DNA of 64,000 nucleotides from NCBI GenBank assembly GCA_965208615.1, contig CBDBPB010000004.1:128001-192000 (forward strand), written 5' to 3'. Shown in pieces: positions 50,436 to 59,072 of the stretch (position 1 is its first letter; each line of letters opens with the position of its first letter). The position numbers were made by a program, and so were the translations under genes. This stretch comes from Spirochaetota bacterium. GTDB taxonomy: Bacteria > Spirochaetota > UBA6919 > CBDBPB01. Below the pieces are notes generated by a model. That model saw nothing but the letters and a program-made list of their open reading frames with translations. It made no database searches and was not told the origin of the DNA.

Positions 50436-51545
50436 ATGACTAATACTAAAGAAGAAAACCCAGACTACTTATCAAAGCAGATTATTACTTATATAGGCAG
50501 TAAAAGGGCATTACTACCCTTCATTGGAAAGGGGATTAATATTATATTAAAAAGGCTTAACAAAAAAAAGCTAAAAATGTTTGATTGTTTTTCTGGCTCT
50601 GGCATTGTAGCAAGATATTGTAAGCAGTTTTCTGAGAAAATTATAGTTAATGACATTGAAAAATACTCTGAGATAATTAATAAGTGTTACCTAACTAACA
50701 ACTCATCCTTGGATATAAAAAGCCTTAGAGACTTATATAATACAATTAGGCATAAACTTAAAGAGTTCCCTCTTGAAAAGGGTATAATATCTGAGTTTTA
50801 TGCTCCAAAAGACGATAAACATATTGAATATGGAGAAAGAGTATTTTATACCACAAGGAATGCTGGATATATTGACTCAGTAATAAAATATATTAATGAC
50901 GTCCCAAAGGATATAAGGCATTTATTTATAGCCCCTTTGCTATCAGAGGCCTCTATACATGTAAATACTGCTGGTACATTTAAAGGGTTTTATAAAAACT
51001 CTTATGGCATTGGACAGTTTGGTGGGAGCAATGGTGATGCATTATTCAGGATTAAAGGCAATATAGACTTACCATTTCCTATTTTTAGTAATTTTGATTG
51101 TGAGTTTAAAATATATAACGGACCTGCTAATGACATAGTAAAAATAGCTGAAGAGACAGATGTAGCATATATTGATCCTCCTTACAACCAGCATCCTTAT
51201 GGTTCTAACTATTTTATGTTAAATATATTATGCGATTATAAAAACCCTAATAAAATTAGCAGGGTATCCGGAATACCCTCAAATTGGAATAGATCACCAT
51301 ATAACAAAAAACCTGATTATTATAAGGCTTTTTCTAATTTGTTATTTGACATAAAGGCAAAATATTTATTAATATCTTTTAGCTCAGAAGGCTTTATTGA
51401 AGCTGAATCTATGTTAAGTCTTCTAAAAAAGATAGGCAGGGTTAAGGTTTTAGAGAAAAAGTATAATACTTTTAGAGCTAGTAGAAATCTTAAGAATAGA
51501 CCCACACACATAAAAGAGTACCTTTATATACTGGAAAAGGCTTAA
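50436..51545 (+). CDS. DNA adenine methyltransferase (D12 class), no adjacent endonuclease
   Basis: YIGSKR, DCFSGSGIV (motif I), AYIDPPYNQHPY (motif IV). Confidence 0.9.
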   Translation: MTNTKEENPDYLSKQIITYIGSKRALLPFIGKGINIILKRLNKKKLKMFDCFSGSGIVARYCKQFSEKIIVNDIEKYSEIINKCYLTNNSSLDIKSLRDLYNTIRHKLKEFPLEKGIISEFYAPKDDKHIEYGERVFYTTRNAGYIDSVIKYINDVPKDIRHLFIAPLLSEASIHVNTAGTFKGFYKNSYGIGQFGGSNGDALFRIKGNIDLPFPIFSNFDCEFKIYNGPANDIVKIAEETDVAYIDPPYNQHPYGSNYFMLNILCDYKNPNKISRVSGIPSNWNRSPYNKKPDYYKAFSNLLFDIKAKYLLISFSSEGFIEAESMLSLLKKIGRVKVLEKKYNTFRASRNLKNRPTHIKEYLYILEKA

Positions 51546-51548
51546 ATC

Positions 51549-52865
51549 TTATCTATGCTTTTTAGTATAAATTAATATTGGCACTCCACTAAAACTAAAT
51601 TCCTGTCTTATTTGGTTAATTAAATAATCTTTATAGTTTTTAGTAAACAAGTCTTTTCTATTTATAAACAGCAGAAACTTAGGAGGTGAACTAGTTATTT
51701 GAGTACCATAATATATTTTTAACCTACCACGTTTAGTTGAGGGTATATATTTATGTTGAGCTTTTTCCAATAAGCTATTCAGTTCACTAGTACTTATACG
51801 ACGGCTAGCCTCATTATATATATTAATAGTTTTATCTAGGAGTTTATTAATATTAGCACCAGTTTTTGCGGATATATTAATTACCGGTATGAACTTAGAT
51901 ATAGCAAAGCGGAATCTTAAATAATCTACATATTTGGGAAAGCTGGCATTTTTATCTAAAACATCCCATTTATTTACTGCAATAATAAGGGTCTTACCTC
52001 TATTTACTGCTACTGCTATTATTTTTTTATCTTGTTCAGTTATGTTATCACAGGAGTCTATAAGATGAATGGCAATATCACTTTTTTCAATACTCTTAAT
52101 AGCCCTATTCACGCTGTAGTATTCTATACTATCTATAACCTTAGTTTTTTTTCTTATACCTGCAGTATCAATAAAGTTAATGTTATAGTTTTTATACTTT
52201 ACGACAACAGATATAGAATCCCTTGTAGTACCTGGTATATCAGATACAAGACTTCTTTCCCAGCCAATAATTTTATTAATAAGAGTGGACTTTCCTACAT
52301 TAGGCTTACCTACAATAGCTATATTAACTAATTGTTTATTTTCATTTATATTATTTACCATTGGTATTTTTAGGATTATATTATCCATTAGCGCATCAAA
52401 GTTAGTACCATGGCTTGCAGATATAGGTATAGGCTTACCTATATTAAGTTTATAAGCCTCCACACTGTTATATTCAAGGTTTATGTTATCGCATTTATTA
52501 ACTAGTAATATTAATTTTTCAACATATTTTCTAAGTATATCGCCAATTATATAGTCATCCTTAGTTAGTTGAGATTCCACAACTAAAAGGATTAGGTCAG
52601 CTTCTTCAATGGCAATCTCAGTTTGTATTCTCACGATATTGGAAAAGTCATCCTCATTAATATCCTCAGTTATACCCCCTGTATCAATTATAGTAAAGTT
52701 ATAATTATTATAGTTAACATTATGGTAATGACGATTTCTGGTAACTCCAGGAGTTGGGTTTATAATAGATTCTCGTTTTCCAATTATTCTATTATAAATA
52801 GAGGATTTTCCTACATTTGGTCTTCCTACAATTGCGATTTTTGGTATACTGTTTAGTTTTTTCAA
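51549..52865 (-). CDS. der: Ribosome biogenesis GTPase Der
   Basis: Two G domains (GRPNVGKS/DTGG/NKCD and GKPNVGKS/DTAG/NKWD) and a KH-like C-terminus. Confidence 0.97.
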   Translation of the reverse strand: MKKLNSIPKIAIVGRPNVGKSSIYNRIIGKRESIINPTPGVTRNRHYHNVNYNNYNFTIIDTGGITEDINEDDFSNIVRIQTEIAIEEADLILLVVESQLTKDDYIIGDILRKYVEKLILLVNKCDNINLEYNSVEAYKLNIGKPIPISASHGTNFDALMDNIILKIPMVNNINENKQLVNIAIVGKPNVGKSTLINKIIGWERSLVSDIPGTTRDSISVVVKYKNYNINFIDTAGIRKKTKVIDSIEYYSVNRAIKSIEKSDIAIHLIDSCDNITEQDKKIIAVAVNRGKTLIIAVNKWDVLDKNASFPKYVDYLRFRFAISKFIPVINISAKTGANINKLLDKTINIYNEASRRISTSELNSLLEKAQHKYIPSTKRGRLKIYYGTQITSSPPKFLLFINRKDLFTKNYKDYLINQIRQEFSFSGVPILIYTKKHR

Positions 52866-53036
52866 TATTTTTCCTAAAAAAAGTTATAAAATTATAATAT
52901 AACAAAATTATAGGCAATATATAAAATAGATTTATATAGATATTATATTAGCAAGGGTTTTATAGGGTATAATGTTAATAAGAAATCCCCTAATAATGTG
53001 GATTAAACATTATTAATAAGATAGAAATATTTAAAA

Positions 53037-53065
53037 AAAGTTAGACCTTAAAAAAGGTCAACTTT
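53037..53065 (-). terminator. Intrinsic terminator after the metalloprotease lipoprotein gene
   Basis: AAAGTT(A)GACCTT-loop-AAGGTCAACTTT hairpin with an adjacent A-tract (U-tract on minus). Confidence 0.6.
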
Positions 53066-53083
53066 AGTAGGTTTTTTAATAGA

Positions 53084-54337
53084 CTAGTTATCTATAACGT
53101 GTACCTTTCTTTCTTTATCCTTAAGGCTATCATCTATTATATAACTATCTTCGGGTTGAACAGACCTTCTTGTTCGACTTGGTTTTCCATATACATAAAT
53201 CTGCGGCTTTGTTTTTATACGCCAGGGATGATAATGAGTCCTATAAAAATATTGATAATAAAAATCTTTGATAAATACATTTATATTATTAATAGGTTTA
53301 TTAATATTAATAGTTTTATAACCCGGGTATTGTGTATAACCATTACCACCATAAACTCCTTTTATTGCTTGAAGTTCGTAGTCATGGGGTTCATCAGGGC
53401 TAGCTGGACTTAAATGGCTATACATAATAAGCCTTCTAAGGTCTATTAGGCCAGATAGTGACTCTAAACTAGGGATAGGGGTAGGGCTACGGGGAAGCTC
53501 TGGCCTGTTTGGGTGTCGTAAACCAAGAAGATGTCCTATTTCATGAGTCATTACTATTTGATTTTTATTTCTATTTTTATTTTTATTTTCAAACTCTTCA
53601 AACTTTGCCTTATTTATTATAACAGTTGCACTGTCTATTATGTTGCCGTAAGTGGTTATTATTGTTATCCCCAGTGTCTTAGGAGTAAAGTTACAGTATT
53701 TTTTTTCTAGCTCTGATATTCCATAACCATTACAATTATAATCTGCTAAAGTAACCCAAAAGCTTGGCCTTAAATACATATTATTACCTTTTTTTATAAG
53801 TACCCTTTTTGTAGTATATTTAGCGTTAGGTATATTTGATTTCCATTTGCTAACAGCATTATTTGTATAGTTGTATAGTTTTGTTTGTTGAACTTTATTT
53901 TCGCCAAGATTTACCTTGCAATCTTTTGGGTCCCACTCACCATTACACTTAGCCTTAGTAGTCTTATCACAAGTAACAACGCCGATATAAGTAGTTGTAC
54001 CTTTTTCTATCTTACAAACTTTAAGGAACTTATCTTCTAAGTATTTTAATCTTTTTTCTGCTTCTTTTAATCTTTTTTCTGCTTCTTTTAATCTTTTTTC
54101 TGCTTCTTTTAATCTTTCTTTTGCTTCTGCTGTTTTTGATTCATCAGAATTTGCGTTTTCAACCTCTTTCTCTGCATCTTCAACCTCTTTCTCTGCATCT
54201 TTAACCTCTTTATCTGCTTTGTCTAACAGACTTTCAACATTTTTATCACAATTACCCAGAGCCTCACAGGATATATCATCCTCTCCGCATCCTATTAGTA
54301 AAAGTAAAGTTAGTAAAATAAAGAATATCTTTTTCAT
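53084..54337 (-). CDS. Lipoprotein with coiled-coil heptad repeats, a 4-Cys module and a metzincin-type Zn metalloprotease domain
   Basis: LLIGC lipobox; KEVEDAE and KEAEKRL repeats; HEIGHLLGLRH (HExxHxxGxxH) with IMY Met-turn. Confidence 0.85.
   Translation of the reverse strand: MKKIFFILLTLLLLIGCGEDDISCEALGNCDKNVESLLDKADKEVKDAEKEVEDAEKEVENANSDESKTAEAKERLKEAEKRLKEAEKRLKEAEKRLKYLEDKFLKVCKIEKGTTTYIGVVTCDKTTKAKCNGEWDPKDCKVNLGENKVQQTKLYNYTNNAVSKWKSNIPNAKYTTKRVLIKKGNNMYLRPSFWVTLADYNCNGYGISELEKKYCNFTPKTLGITIITTYGNIIDSATVIINKAKFEEFENKNKNRNKNQIVMTHEIGHLLGLRHPNRPELPRSPTPIPSLESLSGLIDLRRLIMYSHLSPASPDEPHDYELQAIKGVYGGNGYTQYPGYKTININKPINNINVFIKDFYYQYFYRTHYHPWRIKTKPQIYVYGKPSRTRRSVQPEDSYIIDDSLKDKERKVHVIDN
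54044..54220 (-). repeat. Two blocks of in-frame 21-bp coding tandem repeats
   Basis: TTTTAATCTTTTTTCTGCTTC x3 plus one variant (54044-54127); TTCAACCTCTTTCTCTGCATC x2 plus one variant (54158-54220). Confidence 0.9.
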
Positions 54338-54517
54338 GATTTCAATCTATTATATTTGTTAGTTAGATTTGAACTTTTATTATTAAGCTCATTAAAAGTA
54401 TATAGTAACAGTTTATTTATAATATTCAAGGAAAAAAGCTTAAATTTATTTCAAAAGGTATAACTATATTTTAATAATAGGTTTTAATATTCTCAATTTG
54501 GCATATCTAAACATAAT

Positions 54518-55196
54518 GTTAATAATTGTTCTAGTGGTATAGAGCAAAAGTATTCTAAGTTAGTTTATCTTTTTAAACTTCCTAAAATGCGGATAAAATC
54601 TATTTAGCAATTGTGTTATAATAATTTTTTATCTAAAAGCTATAGTAATTAGTAACTGGGGAGGATGGCGTTTTTTTTTTTTGATATTAGGTTATTTAAG
54701 GGGATATTATTTAATAATTTAGTTATCATTTTATGATAGAGTTATGGTTAGTCATACAGGGTAAAAAGGCAAGACATATAACGTAAAGGGAAGTGAATTC
54801 CAGATTTCTTTGTGGAACAGGAAAGTTAAGATATTTATGAAAAAGTTATTTTCTTGTGTCAAGCAGGTTATCCCTTTATGCTCTTTAAGTGCTGTTTAAA
54901 TGCCTTAGCAATGAACACAAAATATCACTTTTTATGCAAGTAGTCATCACTACGAGAGCTATTAAGAATCCCTTACTGAGACTAAGGATTATAGACCTTT
55001 ATTAAGTGATAACGGATTTGCCGTTCCATAAAAGCTTAGAGCAGATTATTGGAATATTCTATATTGACTTTATGTGTAAAACTTCAGAAAGTATACCAAT
55101 CCTCTATGTGTTAAATACCTTAAGCTGACTCCTATAAAAAGTAACTTGCGTCTTGAACAACATAATAAAACCTCTCGTAATATCACTAAAATATTC
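54518..55196 (+). repeat. Dispersed non-coding element, copy D, with a single 74-bp left unit (54518-54591); inner module at 54774-55077
   Basis: Near-identical to copy A from the 74-mer through the inner module; right boundary approximate. Confidence 0.92.
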
Positions 55197-55436
55197 CATA
55201 ATAACTAATAATATATAGCAAAACTACTTATATATAAATATTGACAAATTAAAAAAATTATTTATATTTTTAATTTTTATGTTATTATAACTATTAGGTT
55301 ATTAAAAAAAAATACTAACCCTTATAATGACTAATATATATTAACTCCTTAGCCTGTTTTATAATAACTTGTTAAAAATATCTAATAGAAATATCACTTG
55401 ACAATATATACATAAATACCTTAGCTAACTAATAAA

Positions 55437-56468
55437 ATGAAAAATAAACCATCAAAAAGTATACATAAATTAAAAATAAAAAACCTTGTTAAAAATAATA
55501 AAAAACTCTTAAAATTAATGATCATTAGTTCCTTATTAATACTACCTATAAGCTTATATTACTACCTTAATACTCATTCGCAAATTAATAGACTAATAAA
55601 AAATAAAAACTATACGAAAGCAATCAAACTAATAAATAACCTTCTTAAAAAAAATGCAAATGATCCATTTGCACTAAAAGCAAAAGGACAAGTCTACTTT
55701 ATCACAACTCTATATAATTTAAATCCCAATGATAATGAAAAATTACTTGATCAATCCATAAAGTTTTTATTACTATTACAAAAAAACAATAAAGAATATA
55801 TAAAAAGTGATACCTACTTTTTTATAGGATGCCTACACTTCATTAAAGCACAGTTATACCAAAATGAATACTATTATACAGATGCCCTTAAGTATCTTAA
55901 AAAAAGCTATAAGCTAAATCAAAAAGATAAAGAAACTAAAAAATATATAAAAGAAAACGGATTTAAACTCCCTCTTAATGAAAAATTATACTCCATATCA
56001 TTATTAGGGTTAATAGGATATATATCCTATAATACCGGGGATTATAATAAAGCAGTCTTATACTTCGAAAAAGCCGTTAAAGAAAAAAGCTCCCCTTATA
56101 TATATTATCTCTATTTAGCTCTGGCATACAAAGAAATGGATAATTATAATAAAGCAATTGAAAATATGCTAATTGTTATTAATAATGAAAAAAAGACTGA
56201 TATTTTAGAACAAAGTTATTATATTCTAAGTAAAATATTTATACTAAAAAAAGAGTATTCAAAAGCTGAAAAATATATTAAAAAAATACAACAACTCTTT
56301 TTAACAGCTGAAAGCTATTATCAGCTCGGCCTTATATATGAAGCTAAAAATAATCTTGATAAGGCTATTGGCTTTTGGAAAAGTGCAATCAAAAAAGATC
56401 CTAACCATAGTGGATCAATACAAAAATTGTTGCAGTTTGTTAAAAAAAAGCAAATAATTTTAAGGTAA
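55437..56468 (+). CDS. Membrane-anchored TPR protein
   Basis: One TM, then TPR motifs (LIGYISYNTGDYNKAVLYFEKA, YYQLGLIYEAKNNLDKAIGFWKSAIKKDP). Confidence 0.85.
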   Translation: MKNKPSKSIHKLKIKNLVKNNKKLLKLMIISSLLILPISLYYYLNTHSQINRLIKNKNYTKAIKLINNLLKKNANDPFALKAKGQVYFITTLYNLNPNDNEKLLDQSIKFLLLLQKNNKEYIKSDTYFFIGCLHFIKAQLYQNEYYYTDALKYLKKSYKLNQKDKETKKYIKENGFKLPLNEKLYSISLLGLIGYISYNTGDYNKAVLYFEKAVKEKSSPYIYYLYLALAYKEMDNYNKAIENMLIVINNEKKTDILEQSYYILSKIFILKKEYSKAEKYIKKIQQLFLTAESYYQLGLIYEAKNNLDKAIGFWKSAIKKDPNHSGSIQKLLQFVKKKQIILR

Positions 56469-56480
56469 TAAGTAGGTAAT

Positions 56481-57515
56481 ATGTTATTCGATAATCTATT
56501 AGGTGTATTCTCCAACGATATGGGTATTGACTTAGGTACTGCTAATACCCTTATCCATGTAAAAAGTCATGGTGTGGTTCTATCTGAACCCAGTGTAGTA
56601 GCCGTTCACGTGGGAAGTAGAAAAGCTTTGGCTGTTGGACGAGAAGCTAAATATATGCTCGGCAGAACTCCAAAAGATATTGTTGCAATAAGACCTATGA
56701 GAGATGGTGTTATTGCTGACTTCGACATTGTAGAAGAAATGATTCGTCACTTTATCAAAAAAGTACACAATAGACGTATATTTATTCGTCCCAGAGTAGT
56801 AATTGGTATTCCATCTGGTATTACAGAAGTAGAAAAACGTGCTGTAAAAGAATCCGCAGAACAAGCCGGAGCAAGAGAAGTCTATCTTATTGAAGAATCA
56901 TTCGCCGCCGCTATTGGAGCTAATGTACCAATTCAAGAACCTGCAGGAAATATGGTAATGGATATTGGAGGCGGTACTACAGAAGTTAGTGTAATATCAC
57001 TTGGTGGAATGGTTATATCAAAATCCATTAGACTAGGGGGTAATGAATTTGACGAAACCTTAATAAGTTACGTTAAAAAAGAACACGGACTTGTAATAGG
57101 TGAACGAACTGCTGAAGAAGTAAAAATTAGATTGGGTGTTGCATATTTAGAAAGAAATAAAAAACATGATGTAATAGAAATTCGAGGTAGAGATTCTGCC
57201 AGCGGACTACCAAGAGTTTTAGAAATGGATAGTCTTGAAATACGAAATTGTTTTGATGATCCACTTAATCAAATTTTAGATGTCCTTAGAAGTACTCTGG
57301 ATGAGACTCCTGCAGAGTTAGCCGCAGATATAGTCGAACGTGGTATTACTATGACAGGCGGAGGATCCTTACTTAGAGGTTTTCCAAAATTAATTTCTAA
57401 AGAAACTGGTGTCCCTGTTATTCTGGCAGAAAATCCTTTGCACTGTGTTGTTTTAGGAACAGGAAAGTTCTTAGAAGAAATGAATAAGTTTAATTATTCA
57501 AACTTTCAGCAATAG
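56481..57515 (+). CDS. mreB: Rod shape-determining protein MreB
   Basis: [36 protein letters not shown]. Confidence 0.98.
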   Translation: MLFDNLLGVFSNDMGIDLGTANTLIHVKSHGVVLSEPSVVAVHVGSRKALAVGREAKYMLGRTPKDIVAIRPMRDGVIADFDIVEEMIRHFIKKVHNRRIFIRPRVVIGIPSGITEVEKRAVKESAEQAGAREVYLIEESFAAAIGANVPIQEPAGNMVMDIGGGTTEVSVISLGGMVISKSIRLGGNEFDETLISYVKKEHGLVIGERTAEEVKIRLGVAYLERNKKHDVIEIRGRDSASGLPRVLEMDSLEIRNCFDDPLNQILDVLRSTLDETPAELAADIVERGITMTGGGSLLRGFPKLISKETGVPVILAENPLHCVVLGTGKFLEEMNKFNYSNFQQ

Positions 57516-57639
57516 TAATATCAAATAGCAAAAAAGACTAATTTTACCTTATTCTTTACTACTTAATAATAAAACATTTTTACATACCTAATATTCGTTT
57601 TATATATATTTAATGTTCCACTATCAAAAAGGCTGACTT

Positions 57640-58560
57640 ATGTTTACTTTTTTTTTACAGAAGAATAAAAATATCTTAGTTTTTATTCTTTTAATTTCTA
57701 TATCCATGTCATTTATTTCATATAAAACAAATATAGTACATACTAATATCTCTGGTATTCTGTTAACTATTACTGCTCCTATATATAATGTACTCCACTA
57801 TGTTTATGCCCCAATTAAATCTATAGTAAATGGTATAATTAACTTTACTGATAAAATAGAAGATATGAAAAAAGCACAGATAGAAATCGAAAAAAAACAA
57901 AGACTTTTTGCTGATTATGAACTGCTGTTAGAAGAAAACCAAAGACTTAAAAAAATATTGGACTATAAAAAAGACTATAACGCAAAAGGCGGATTATTTG
58001 ATAAAAATTATTCCATCAAAATGGCAGAAATCATAATGAAAGATCCCCAGTCTCATTATAAAACTTTAATTATAAATAAAGGCTCATCCCATGGTATTTA
58101 CGTTAATATGCCTGTAGTGGCTATTCAGAAAGTAAAACAAATAGACAATAAAGAAAACTATGAAAGTGTTGTTGTTGGAAAGGTTATTCAAACTAGCCTT
58201 TTTGCATCTAAAATAATTCCCATAATCGATAAGAGATGTATTATATATGCCACACTTAAAAAGTCTAAATACCCTGGAATTATACAAGGAAAAAATGAAC
58301 TAAAAAAAGAGTTGGCTATGACACATATTGATAAATCTGCTACTATTGTTAAAAATGATGAGGTTATAACATCAGGGGGAAAAAGTATATTCCCAAAGGG
58401 GCTTAAAATAGGTTATGTTAAAAAGGATAGTTCTACGACTTCTAGCTTTATGAAAGAGATTATTGTTATCCCATATCTTAACTTGTCAAAATTAAAAACT
58501 GTGGTATTAATTAATAAACCTATACCAAAAGACTTACAGGAACTTATTAAAGAAAAATGA
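57640..58560 (+). CDS. mreC: Rod shape-determining protein MreC
   Basis: TM, coiled coil ENQRLKKIL, INKGSSHG, TSGGKSIFPKGLKIG; operon position. Confidence 0.94.
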   Translation: MFTFFLQKNKNILVFILLISISMSFISYKTNIVHTNISGILLTITAPIYNVLHYVYAPIKSIVNGIINFTDKIEDMKKAQIEIEKKQRLFADYELLLEENQRLKKILDYKKDYNAKGGLFDKNYSIKMAEIIMKDPQSHYKTLIINKGSSHGIYVNMPVVAIQKVKQIDNKENYESVVVGKVIQTSLFASKIIPIIDKRCIIYATLKKSKYPGIIQGKNELKKELAMTHIDKSATIVKNDEVITSGGKSIFPKGLKIGYVKKDSSTTSSFMKEIIVIPYLNLSKLKTVVLINKPIPKDLQELIKEK

Positions 58561-59063
58561 TAGGCTATTTATTTAGATTTTTTATAATACTTATAGCTGT
58601 ATTAATACAAACAACCATTCTAGAAGATATTAAAATTATTAATGCAAAGCTTGATCTAGTTTTAATATTAACCACTTATTTCGCTTTTATAGGTGGTATT
58701 ATGCTTGGACAAACTTCAGGGTTTACTGGGGGTTTATTAGAAGATATTTTTGGCAACCCTGATCTTACTGGTATTTCGACTCTTATTAAGACTATTATTG
58801 GTTTTGGAGTTGGAAACTTATATAAGCGTGTATATACGGCAAATTTTATTTCAATCTTCACTATTATTTTGATTGTAACAACAGTTAAGGCAATTTTATT
58901 TATTTTAATAAATCATTTTTTTAGTAGTCCTTGGACTTGGATAGATATATACGGATATTTTAAAGATACCTTATTGATAGAGCTTTTATTGAATTCTATT
59001 GTAGCACCGTTTATTTTTTCTGGTTTAAATAAATTAAACCTAAACATAAAAAAAGAGGATTAG
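58557..59063 (+). CDS. mreD: Rod shape-determining protein MreD
   Basis: Small hydrophobic protein with GFTGGLLED, between mreC and mrdA. Confidence 0.9.
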   Translation: MIGYLFRFFIILIAVLIQTTILEDIKIINAKLDLVLILTTYFAFIGGIMLGQTSGFTGGLLEDIFGNPDLTGISTLIKTIIGFGVGNLYKRVYTANFISIFTIILIVTTVKAILFILINHFFSSPWTWIDIYGYFKDTLLIELLLNSIVAPFIFSGLNKLNLNIKKED

Positions 59064-59072
59064 GAATACATT

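Noticed and set aside
45200-54500. Apparent local change in G/C strand skew suggesting an inversion or origin
   Set aside because: Spot counts were confounded by gene orientation; a proper cumulative skew calculation is needed.
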